46,569 nucleotides of DNA from Candidatus Heimdallarchaeota archaeon (GTDB taxonomy: Archaea > Asgardarchaeota > Heimdallarchaeia > Hodarchaeales > Hodarchaeaceae). Below the pieces are notes generated by a model. That model searched no databases. It was given only the letters and a program-made list of their open reading frames with translations, and had not been told where the DNA came from. Position 1 is the stretch's first letter. Every line of letters starts with the position of its first letter. Made by a program: the position numbers and the translations under genes. This document shows, piece after piece, positions 27,482 to 36,333 of this stretch. Location of the stretch: assembly GCA_019057635.1 (NCBI GenBank), contig DXJL01000101.1, forward strand, positions 1 through 46,569, read 5' to 3'.

Positions 27482-27868
27482 ATGGAATTACCGAGTGCCT
27501 ATGGAATCGAATTATCGAGCTTTGTAGATCTTGTACGCTTAATTACAAGTTCTAGTCCAGATAGACCTTCTACCATTTTTAAATGGAATGTAAAGGGAGA
27601 AAAATATTTTTACAGTTCTTTTGCTATTTTTCCTGGATATTTCGATTACCGAGCATTACCTGTACTCTTTTTCATTACTACAGAGTCTGAGCTTGAAGAA
27701 GAAGGGCAATCATTAGTCCGATATGATTTACAAAAATCTGTTAACCAAATTACATTTCTTCAATTTCTAAAAGAGCAAGACTTGGAAAACACCCACACTG
27801 GTTTAATTCGATTTATTCCAATTATCAATCTTAAATCACCTCCCACAATTTTTACCAATTTAGCATGA
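27482..27868 (+). CDS. Conserved archaeal hypothetical protein (TACK 'cren protein'-like)
   Basis: IELSSFVDLVRL, GYFDYRALPVLFF, IPIINLKSPP; family resemblance recalled from memory. Confidence 0.55.
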   Translation: MELPSAYGIELSSFVDLVRLITSSSPDRPSTIFKWNVKGEKYFYSSFAIFPGYFDYRALPVLFFITTESELEEEGQSLVRYDLQKSVNQITFLQFLKEQDLENTHTGLIRFIPIINLKSPPTIFTNLA

Positions 27869-27869
27869 A

Positions 27870-28658
27870 GTGGATAAAATGCTCAAAGAAGGGTCCATTG
27901 TCAGAGCAGTTGAAATCACAGAAAGGAAACCAAAATCTTGGATTTTCAGGCTAGAGAACGAGGGAGAAAAATCAACCCATCTTGGCCGAATAGATCATGA
28001 CAAGATTATCGGATTGAAGTATGGACAGGTGATTTCAGTAACGAAGGGGCAAATAATGCTGTTGAAACCTTCACCTAGAGACTTCCTCCGTTCTTTTACC
28101 TTAAAAACACAAATATTGTATGCTGACGATTGTGCTGTAGCTTGTAGCGTAGCAGGAGTAGGTAATGGTATGAACGTTGGGGAAGCAGGTACTGGATCAG
28201 GGGCCTTAACTACATTTCTTGCTTGGGCAATAGCTCCTGATGGACACGTATACTCTTTTGATATAAACGAGAAACATCTACGTAACGCGGAGCAAAATAT
28301 CCAAATGACTGGATTGCAGAACAACATTACATTCCAAGTTCAAGATATTCGGGAATCTTTCAATGTTCCACTTCTTGATGCATTTTTTTTAGATTTTTCA
28401 ACCCCTTTTGAGGCAATTGATTCCATTGCTCCGACTTTAATTGGTGGTGGGCATTTTATCTGCTTTGTACCTAATTGGGGACAAGTAGAACAAACTGTTG
28501 AGAAAATCAATCAAAATTTGGCTTTAGAATTACAGCAAGTATTTGAGATTACTCGTAGAGATTTCAATGTTAACCCAAAAAAACATATAATGCGGCCTAA
28601 ATTCCGTTCAATTGTTTACTCTGGAATCCTTATTCACGCAATTAAAATTCTTTCCTAG
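27870..28658 (+). CDS. trmI: tRNA (adenine57/58-N1)-methyltransferase TrmI/Gcd14
   Basis: THLGRI, TQILYADD, EAGTGSGALT, FFLDFSTP, FVPNWGQV. Confidence 0.9.
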   Translation: MDKMLKEGSIVRAVEITERKPKSWIFRLENEGEKSTHLGRIDHDKIIGLKYGQVISVTKGQIMLLKPSPRDFLRSFTLKTQILYADDCAVACSVAGVGNGMNVGEAGTGSGALTTFLAWAIAPDGHVYSFDINEKHLRNAEQNIQMTGLQNNITFQVQDIRESFNVPLLDAFFLDFSTPFEAIDSIAPTLIGGGHFICFVPNWGQVEQTVEKINQNLALELQQVFEITRRDFNVNPKKHIMRPKFRSIVYSGILIHAIKILS

Positions 28659-28673
28659 CATTGAGATGCCTAT

Positions 28674-29570
28674 ATGATCCAAATTCCAAAGGAAGTCTAC
28701 AAAAAATTTCTAAAGTTCGCACTCGAGAATGCTAATCCTCTAGAAAGGTCACGTTATTGGAGAGAGTGTATTGGATTAATCTTGGGTCGAATTAACGATG
28801 AATCGATAATTGTAACTGATATTATCCCCATTGGTTCCGGTTCATCTGTCTTTGTAGATATAAGTGATTATGAAAAGGTTTTTTCTTTAATTTCTTTTGA
28901 ACGAATTGACCAAGGAGAGGTAATCGTAGGTTGGGCTCACACTCATCCTGGTTTAGGCTTGTTTTTTTCAGGTACAGATATAGAAACCCAGCGAACATAT
29001 CAGAGTATGCATTCCCAATCCTTTGGACTTGTATTAGATCCCACTAAGATTAACTCTCAATCACCAGGTTTCAATATCTACAGAGTAGATTCTTACACAT
29101 CTCGTCCATATACCGTTGATTTTCTATTTAATGAAGAATTTGACTTTCTTTCTGTTCATGAGCAACTCACACAAGAATTATTCGAGATACCTGAGATATT
29201 ACCGGCATTAACAGCCAAACACACAGTATCGTGGAAAGACATTTCGTTATCATTAGATGGCCCATCGCATGCCCATCTGAACGAACCTTTCCTCTTAAAA
29301 CTCGTTTTAAAAATGCCTCACCCTCAATTCTTCCGAGTTACTTACAATGTCAAGATTTATAATGCATCCACGAGTCATACACAAGATTTTGTTGAAAAAA
29401 GGGAATACTTTCATGAATCATTAGATTCTGGGACATTGGCTGTTTTTTCACTTGTTACAAATAATACAAATCGAATATTTTTACAGCTAATTAATATGAG
29501 AATCGCTGATTATAATCAAAAATATTTAGATTCGCCAGTTTTGGGTTTTGAGGTCAAGATTCAAGAATAA
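28674..29570 (+). CDS. JAMM/MPN+ metalloprotease (Rpn11/CSN5-like) with C-terminal beta-rich domain
   Basis: ECIGLILG...VGWAHTHPGLGLFFSGTDIETQRTYQ is an intact E-xn-HxH-x7-S-x2-D motif; GLVLDP. Confidence 0.9.
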   Translation: MIQIPKEVYKKFLKFALENANPLERSRYWRECIGLILGRINDESIIVTDIIPIGSGSSVFVDISDYEKVFSLISFERIDQGEVIVGWAHTHPGLGLFFSGTDIETQRTYQSMHSQSFGLVLDPTKINSQSPGFNIYRVDSYTSRPYTVDFLFNEEFDFLSVHEQLTQELFEIPEILPALTAKHTVSWKDISLSLDGPSHAHLNEPFLLKLVLKMPHPQFFRVTYNVKIYNASTSHTQDFVEKREYFHESLDSGTLAVFSLVTNNTNRIFLQLINMRIADYNQKYLDSPVLGFEVKIQE

Positions 29571-29574
29571 ATTA

Positions 29575-30381
29575 TTATATCTCTAAATCCTTATCTTTAC
29601 GAGTACCATATACTCCTAAGGTGACAAATGCAATTAAAATAAGTAGCACACTGTAAAAAAGGAAGTATAAGATATATGGAGGCTCGGGTAAACTCTCAAC
29701 GAACTCGAAAGACATATTTTTAGCAAAGTAAACATCTGTAGGTACCCTTTCTCCCCCATAAACATGATATTGAGCAGTAAATACAAATTTATAATTCCCA
29801 TATGTCGGTAAAGCAAGGTATGGAATAATCAAAAGTTCTGATTTCGAGGAATTCGGAGGTAAAATTAATTCTTCAGGATTATCTGGACTATAGATTGATA
29901 ATCCCGCAACAATTGTAATGTTGTCCGCTTCTCCTGTCAGAACTTCGTATACCTTTACCGTAAAACTATGAATAACAATCGATTCAGGATTTCCAATAAT
30001 TGTAGAATAGGAAGCATTGACTCGAAGTTTTGAGTTATTAATGATCTGGGGTATCAAAGTTTCTTGACCTGTAGTAGGTTCGTCAAGTACTAATTCTTGC
30101 AGAAGTTGATATTTACCGTTTTTTTCGACTTCTAGATTCACTTGTTGAATTTCCAATAATGGAGATGTGGATTGTGCCTTTGCAATATGCAGTTGAATCA
30201 TCTGGGGCTGGGTAGAAGGCAAAATACCTAAAGAAAGCATTATCACAAACACGATGATGCTTGGTCGAATGATTTTACGTATCATGGGGCGTACCGATCC
30301 ATATACTCTATGAAGGGAATCTTTTTGTGTCGTTAAGACTGAAATTTTCTTTTTTTGATACTGTCTATATCTTTTATGCAC
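29575..30381 (-). CDS. Signal peptide + beta-sandwich + C-terminal TM protein (TRAP-alpha-like); start possibly ATG 30285
   Basis: Hydrophobic IIVFVIMLSLGIL, beta-rich ectodomain with sequons, TM ILYFLFYSVLLILIAFVTLGVY, short charged tail. Confidence 0.55.
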   Translation of the reverse strand: MHKRYRQYQKKKISVLTTQKDSLHRVYGSVRPMIRKIIRPSIIVFVIMLSLGILPSTQPQMIQLHIAKAQSTSPLLEIQQVNLEVEKNGKYQLLQELVLDEPTTGQETLIPQIINNSKLRVNASYSTIIGNPESIVIHSFTVKVYEVLTGEADNITIVAGLSIYSPDNPEELILPPNSSKSELLIIPYLALPTYGNYKFVFTAQYHVYGGERVPTDVYFAKNMSFEFVESLPEPPYILYFLFYSVLLILIAFVTLGVYGTRKDKDLEI

Positions 30382-30392
30382 TTTTATTCTCC

Positions 30393-31016
30393 TTAACTCC
30401 CCTTGTTGAAAATGACAGAATTCAATTTATTTCTTATTGCTTCTTTTCTCCGATCAAAAATAGCATTAAAAGTGTTATTAACAATTAAAGATCCTTTTTG
30501 CAAAATCACACCGCCATTTATAAGATCTTGCTCCTTGGAAGATACATTGATTTTGGTGCTGGTTCCAGTTTTTTTTGCGATTTCAGCTTCCAAGGAATTT
30601 TTTTCGATGGTTTGTGCATCACTAGGGTGTAAAGTGATACTCATTTCTCCACCTTCTAAGATCGTTCCACTTAAAACTATAAGATCAGAAAGAGCATTCA
30701 GGTATCTCTTATCTTTTTGTTCGCGCATCTGTTTGATTTTATTTATGCTATCATCAAATATCTCTTGTACAAGAGATTCTTTTAGATTCTCGATTTCAAT
30801 TTTATTCTTGATCCTAATTCGTGAAAGTTCCCGCTGTACTTCGATTTCTTGTCTTTCGAGATGTTCTTTCTCCATCTTTTGCTTTAGCTCTTTATTTTTA
30901 CTTTTCGCTTGGCTTAATATTTCATCAGCTTCTTTCTTTGCTTCTTTTAGGATATTTTCTGCATTATTTTGTGCGTTCTGAAGGATTTCTTGTTCTAATT
31001 GTTGAATATCTGACAT
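30393..31016 (-). CDS. atpE: A/V-type ATP synthase subunit E
   Basis: N-terminal coiled coil ILKEAKKEADEIL; GGVILQ...VNNTFNAIF. Confidence 0.9.
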   Translation of the reverse strand: MSDIQQLEQEILQNAQNNAENILKEAKKEADEILSQAKSKNKELKQKMEKEHLERQEIEVQRELSRIRIKNKIEIENLKESLVQEIFDDSINKIKQMREQKDKRYLNALSDLIVLSGTILEGGEMSITLHPSDAQTIEKNSLEAEIAKKTGTSTKINVSSKEQDLINGGVILQKGSLIVNNTFNAIFDRRKEAIRNKLNSVIFNKGS

Positions 31017-31053
31017 ATCTCTTTTTCCTCTACGTAGTATCTCAATTTAGACT

Positions 31054-32085
31054 TCAATCAAGTCTCATAATGGGATATTTTTCTTCTAGAAGATCCTCTA
31101 TGGTCTGTTTAATTGCATTTTGAGCATTTGAAATTTCTTCCTCTGTAAAAAATTTATTCAATTCTTTTATAATGAAGAAATTCGGATCATTTTTTTTCCC
31201 ATTTGACAGAATTTGATAGATTTCTCTTTCTACTAATCCCCTTGAGAATTTATCTTTCAACAAATCAAATATAATTTCATGGGCTATTAATATTTTCAGT
31301 TCATTCTTACTTATTCGCTTTATTACCTCAGTAGTAAATACTAGAACTGAAAAATCATCTTTTACTTGGCTAGTTGCATCTAAAGAAAATACTGGAATGA
31401 ATGTGGGTTCAAATCGATTTTCTAAGGCAGTTCTAAACAAGTATGGTTTGACCGATATACGATATTTGTTGGCGATCCTAGCAGAATATTCTCGAAGATT
31501 TGATTGAATAGTGACTAGAGCTGCCTTAGCTTTTCTTAATTCTTTCAAATGTTGCATAGATTTGGTAGAAATATCTTCAATTAATTTAGCAACAGGGAAG
31601 ATCTGGATACCCGTTCGCACTTTCATTCGTAATTGCATTTCAATTTTTTCTGCATAGTCCTCATAAGGAATAATATCTTGGCCCTGAGATCTAATTAAAG
31701 GCAGATTCTCAATATCATTAAACGCCATTATTTCCGATTCTGACACCAATTTATTTTCACAGAAGATATTTTTTAGAATAGCAGAAAAATACTCCATCCC
31801 TGTCGATAGAGCATTCGAATCTAAAGACTTAAAAACAGGAATAGAGAAAACAATAATTAAGAACTTCTCATCATGCTCTTCAGTTAAATGAAAATAAAAA
31901 GGACTGACTTTCTGATTCTCTAGCTGTATTAATCCATTAATACCATAAAATCGAACCTGTTCAATGACATCCAATAATGCAGAGTACTGTAAAGTCACTC
32001 TTTCAAATTCAATAGCCATCCATTCTTCTATAGTTAAACGAAATTGGAATTGTTGGGTTGGGGGAATCTTCTGGTGAGAGCTCAT
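31054..32085 (-). CDS. Hypothetical protein with degenerate zincin-like motif
   Basis: 343-aa ORF; ISKNELKILIAHEIIF resembles 'eEL..vlaHExxH' but lacks the second His. Confidence 0.6.
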   Translation of the reverse strand: MSSHQKIPPTQQFQFRLTIEEWMAIEFERVTLQYSALLDVIEQVRFYGINGLIQLENQKVSPFYFHLTEEHDEKFLIIVFSIPVFKSLDSNALSTGMEYFSAILKNIFCENKLVSESEIMAFNDIENLPLIRSQGQDIIPYEDYAEKIEMQLRMKVRTGIQIFPVAKLIEDISTKSMQHLKELRKAKAALVTIQSNLREYSARIANKYRISVKPYLFRTALENRFEPTFIPVFSLDATSQVKDDFSVLVFTTEVIKRISKNELKILIAHEIIFDLLKDKFSRGLVEREIYQILSNGKKNDPNFFIIKELNKFFTEEEISNAQNAIKQTIEDLLEEKYPIMRLD

Positions 32086-32130
32086 ACTACTAGCAAAGAG
32101 GTTGAGGAGCTAATAAAACAATTACCTCCA

Positions 32131-33189
32131 TCAATAACGTTTTCCTGCACGTTGATAAGCCACCCAAAAGAGGAACAAGAAGATAGCAAATGCAATAAAA
32201 ATTGCACTAGAACGGCTAATGGTTTCTAACGCTCCAGTGGCAAAGTTCACAAGCTGAAAGATTAGTAGGGTCAACCAACCAATGATACTTGTATCGCGAC
32301 TTGTCAACAATCCTTTCCAATACCTGATTATGAGTAATAAAACTCCAAGTATAACGACTACAATATGAATCCATCCAAGAAATCCTTCAAAACTGTCGGA
32401 GAAGAATAAATAGAGTGTTTCCAGACTTATAAAACAAACTAATGAAATTAGAGTTATTAAAAATTCAGGAATTTCTACCTCACGATCAACCTGTTGTGCT
32501 CCCTCATATATTAAATAAATAGCCCCTCCTATTGTTGCTGAATCAGCTATAATGAGTGCAGATGTATATAAGAGGTCAACTTGTGATGTCCAGTATTCAA
32601 TAAGTTGGATGAAAAATGAAAAAATTCCTGATTGCGTACCAAATAGATCATATCCAAAATAAAATCCGATCACTACCAATAATGGTAAAGGAAAATATAA
32701 TAGAGTCAGTAATCGTGTCTTCCTTTGGCTGGAAATTTTTTTATCTTCATCTCGCCACCCAAAAAGATACACGGCAATGAAATATCCTCCAAATAAGGAA
32801 ACAACAGGCACTAGCAACGGAAACAAAAAAATAATGCCTAATAGAAAATTAAATCCATAAAAAGCTTTAATTGTTGTCGGTAAACGCCATACTTCGCGTC
32901 CAAAGGTTTCATATGCATCACCAATTTGATACTTCTTTCCGTACGTCCAAAAAAAGAAAGGTACAGCCATTACGAGAGGTCCAATTCCGTAAACAATGAA
33001 ATCGGAAAGAATAACTAGATCTGGGGTTTTCAAAAACCAGATTACACCCCCTACAAAAATAAAAGATAACAAATAGAAGTAAATAGGAATCAAAATAAAC
33101 TGTAAAAGGACTACCAATCGCCCATAATGAATATAGCTTTCGTACTCGCTCAAAAAAACACCAACTCTAACATACAGCCACTCTTGCAA
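32131..33189 (-). CDS. Polytopic membrane protein of unknown function
   Basis: 352 aa with about 9-10 hydrophobic segments; start uncertain. Confidence 0.7.
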   Translation of the reverse strand: MQEWLYVRVGVFLSEYESYIHYGRLVVLLQFILIPIYFYLLSFIFVGGVIWFLKTPDLVILSDFIVYGIGPLVMAVPFFFWTYGKKYQIGDAYETFGREVWRLPTTIKAFYGFNFLLGIIFLFPLLVPVVSLFGGYFIAVYLFGWRDEDKKISSQRKTRLLTLLYFPLPLLVVIGFYFGYDLFGTQSGIFSFFIQLIEYWTSQVDLLYTSALIIADSATIGGAIYLIYEGAQQVDREVEIPEFLITLISLVCFISLETLYLFFSDSFEGFLGWIHIVVVILGVLLLIIRYWKGLLTSRDTSIIGWLTLLIFQLVNFATGALETISRSSAIFIAFAIFLFLFWVAYQRAGKRY

Positions 33190-33296
33190 GAATAATAGAA
33201 TGACACCTCTTAAAAATATATCTTAAGAGCTATCCCGAATTGTATGTGACTAGCCAGTTTTTTATTTGGGTTTTAAATGTGCCCTAAGTAGACAAA

Positions 33297-33623
33297 ATGG
33301 GAGTGTTACTAATGGTAGATGAAAAAACAAAAGAAAGTTTCCCTTATCGTTCTGATTATTATCATTTAATTAAAGGAAAAACAATTTCACGCCGTGGACG
33401 TTGGTGGACGGCCGTTCTACTAGTGCAATCGGTTGATGACGCGGAAAAACGGATAGTTGTCATTCAAAGATGGCAAAAAAGGAATAAAGCGGATCCTGAA
33501 GCAGAAGGAAAAATGTCAAGTTATTGGGCACAAGCAAAGTCTTTCAATCTTAATTCAAGCAAACCATGGGAGATTCTCAGGGAAACAGTAGAGGAATGGC
33601 TGTCAACTAACGATTGGAAATAA
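33297..33623 (+). CDS. Small Trp-rich basic hypothetical protein (PC4-like fold possible)
   Basis: KTISRRGRWWTAVLLV...VIQRWQK...SFNLNSSKPWEILRETVEEWL: beta strands followed by a C-terminal helix. Confidence 0.65.
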   Translation: MGVLLMVDEKTKESFPYRSDYYHLIKGKTISRRGRWWTAVLLVQSVDDAEKRIVVIQRWQKRNKADPEAEGKMSSYWAQAKSFNLNSSKPWEILRETVEEWLSTNDWK

Positions 33624-33654
33624 AAAAGAGAGGTAAAAATTAGGTTTTACCAAT

Positions 33655-34986
33655 CTAAACTATTTTTATATATTCATAAGCCTTAATTGTGGTCTCAAAT
33701 CCGTAATGAATATTCTGGAATTCTTTTCGGAATTCTGATACTTCCTGTGCAACAATTAGCGGATCCTTTTTGTCCACAATTACAGATTTAAAGAAATCTG
33801 CAATTGTAATCATATCTGGTTCTTTCATTCCAAGTCTAGTAACTTCTTGGGATCCGATTCGAATCCCTCCGGGATTTAAATAATTACGTTTTTCTAAGAT
33901 GTCCCAAGGTAATAAATTTCTATTCGCAACAATATGAGCCTTTTCTAGCCTTTGTTCAACATCTGCACCCAAACCGATTGTATCTTGGAAGTTGGTGATA
34001 TCAACTAACAATGTGTGTGATTCGGTGAACCCTTTATCAGGACATACTACCTTGAATCCACTCTCATATAGTGCTTGTCCTAAGGCCTTTGCGTTGAGAA
34101 TAATTTGTTTTGCATACGCTTCACCAAATTTTAAAAATTCCGCAGCTGCTACCGCAAGACCAGCCACATGCATTAAATGATGATTTGATGTCATTCCAGG
34201 AAATGCAGCCGATTTGATCCTTTCTGCAAGTTCATCTTGAGACGCTATTACAATTCCTTTCTGAGGACCAGGAAAAGTTTTATGCGTTGACATGGTCATT
34301 GTATCTGTTCCTTCCTTTATGGGATCTTGGAATTGTTTTCCCGCTATCAATCCTGCTACATGGGCTGCATCGTAATTCACATGAGCTCCTATTTCATGAG
34401 CAACAGGAATAAGTTCCTCAAGCGGGTGAGGAAAAAGGAAAACACTTGCGCCAAACTGAACAAGCTTTGGTTCTTTTTCACGGAATGCTTTTATTGCCGC
34501 ATCAACATCAATATTTAATCCATATCGATCAAAAGGTATATAGTCAACATCTAACCTTGAAACAGCACCTGCTGTTCCTCCAATAAATGAACCTGACTTC
34601 GCAGAAAGAGGGCCAGAGCTGATATGCCCTCCTACAGGTATTGAAATCGCCATCATTTTATCATGAGCTTTTGTAAAAGCAGTATAGACAGTTAGGTTGG
34701 CTACAACACCTGATATAGGTCGAGCGTCTATAAAAGGAGCCTTATATAGCTGTTTCAAGAGTTTTAAAGTTAATTCTTCCATATCATCGAAATATTCGTT
34801 CCCTGGATAGACTCGTTCCCCTATCCATCCTTCTGCATATCTATGTGCTAAATCAGAAATCGCTACTTCTCGTACTGCAGGGCTTGTTAAATTTTCTGAA
34901 GCAATTAAGGGGATTGCATTATTCCAATACTCATGATGAGCTTTGAGAATACCTCGGATTTTTCTAAATGTTGGATCATCGGTCAA
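33655..34986 (-). CDS. glyA: Serine hydroxymethyltransferase (archaeal type)
   Basis: LIASEN, RYAEG, GGHIS, YDAAHVAGLIAG, STHKTFPGPQKG, SNHH, GGIRIGS. Confidence 0.97.
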   Translation of the reverse strand: MTDDPTFRKIRGILKAHHEYWNNAIPLIASENLTSPAVREVAISDLAHRYAEGWIGERVYPGNEYFDDMEELTLKLLKQLYKAPFIDARPISGVVANLTVYTAFTKAHDKMMAISIPVGGHISSGPLSAKSGSFIGGTAGAVSRLDVDYIPFDRYGLNIDVDAAIKAFREKEPKLVQFGASVFLFPHPLEELIPVAHEIGAHVNYDAAHVAGLIAGKQFQDPIKEGTDTMTMSTHKTFPGPQKGIVIASQDELAERIKSAAFPGMTSNHHLMHVAGLAVAAAEFLKFGEAYAKQIILNAKALGQALYESGFKVVCPDKGFTESHTLLVDITNFQDTIGLGADVEQRLEKAHIVANRNLLPWDILEKRNYLNPGGIRIGSQEVTRLGMKEPDMITIADFFKSVIVDKKDPLIVAQEVSEFRKEFQNIHYGFETTIKAYEYIKIV

Positions 34987-35181
34987 TTTAATTCCACACG
35001 CTTTCTACTGTTTATAAAATAAAATTGACAATAGTTTTAAAATAAATTTCTCACCCTTCTTTCAATTATTACAAAGTTCATTAATTCATGAGAAATAACT
35101 TGTTTTCAGATTATTATTCTCCTTTTACAGCCACATGTAGGCTTGAAACGTAGAAAAATTCAAAAAATGTTGTGAAAACAA

Positions 35182-36330
35182 ATGCAAACACAATTATATG
35201 CTTGGCATGCAGAAAATGGCGATATCGTCGATTTTGCAGGCTTTCAAATGCCTGTAATGTATACATCCATAATTGAGGAACATATGGCGGTTAGAAATGC
35301 TGTTGGTTTGTTTGATGTTTCTCATATGGGACGAATGTGGATTCAAGGAAAGGATTCTGAAAAATTTCTCAACGCTCTGGTGCCAAGAGACCTTTCGAAA
35401 ACCAATGTAGGGAGAGCATCATATACTTTCTTGCTCAATGAACTTGGAGGCTTTCGAGATGATTTAGTCTTTGAACATATTGAAGAAAATAAGTGGTTGC
35501 TGGTTTGGAATGCAGGAAATTATGAAAAGATCCTACACTGGATTAAATTATTATCAGCCTTGATTAATCACTTTTCCAAATTGGACATCGAAATAATTAA
35601 TATTTCATCTTCATCTGCGATGTATGCCTTACAAGGTCCGAAGGCAGAGGCTGTGTTAAAACGAGTTATACCAGAGAATGCAACCCCTCCTTCTTCTTGG
35701 AATGTTTTACAAACAACAATTGATAGCTGTGATGTAATTGTCTCAGGTACAGGGTATACTGGAGAGTCAGGCTATGAAATTATAGTATTTAATACATCAA
35801 ATGAAGAGAACACAAATGCGGTCAATGTCTGGACGAAATTACTTGTAGAAGGTAAGCAATTTAACATAAAACCCTGTGGGTTGGGAGCACGCGATTCTCT
35901 AAGATTGGAAGCTGGTTATCATCTCTATGGAAATGATATATCAGAATGTATTAATCCACTTGAAGCGGACTTGTTTTTTCCTCCGTTTATTCATATAAAC
36001 AAATCTTCCTTTATAGGTAAGCCCCAACTTGAAATGTTGAAAGAAAAACCTCTTCAAAAGATTCGAGTAGGCTTAATTTCTATGAAAAGAGGACCTAGTC
36101 CCCGTTCAGGATTAAAATTGTTCCAAGGGGAAAAAGAAATAGGTGTTATTTCATCTGGTGGTTTTTCTCCCATTTTAAACATTGGTATTGGAATGGGTTA
36201 CATACTACCAGAGCACAATGTTGAAAATGGAATATTACAATTCCAAGTCCGAAATAAGATGCATGATGTAAAAATACAGAAATATCCTCTTTATGATCCT
36301 GATATGTATGGAAAATCAAGGAAAGATTGA
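35182..36330 (+). CDS. gcvT: Glycine cleavage aminomethyltransferase T
   Basis: FAGFQMPVMY, EHMAVR, LFDVSHMG, ALQGPKA, TGYTGESGYE, GLGARDSLRLEAG. Confidence 0.97.
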   Translation: MQTQLYAWHAENGDIVDFAGFQMPVMYTSIIEEHMAVRNAVGLFDVSHMGRMWIQGKDSEKFLNALVPRDLSKTNVGRASYTFLLNELGGFRDDLVFEHIEENKWLLVWNAGNYEKILHWIKLLSALINHFSKLDIEIINISSSSAMYALQGPKAEAVLKRVIPENATPPSSWNVLQTTIDSCDVIVSGTGYTGESGYEIIVFNTSNEENTNAVNVWTKLLVEGKQFNIKPCGLGARDSLRLEAGYHLYGNDISECINPLEADLFFPPFIHINKSSFIGKPQLEMLKEKPLQKIRVGLISMKRGPSPRSGLKLFQGEKEIGVISSGGFSPILNIGIGMGYILPEHNVENGILQFQVRNKMHDVKIQKYPLYDPDMYGKSRKD

Positions 36331-36333
36331 GCA

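Noticed and set aside
30403-30981. 192-aa plus-strand ORF, and the other antisense ORFs inside long genes
   Set aside because: Shadow ORFs opposite well-supported genes such as atpE, gcvP, fttA and the giant gene.
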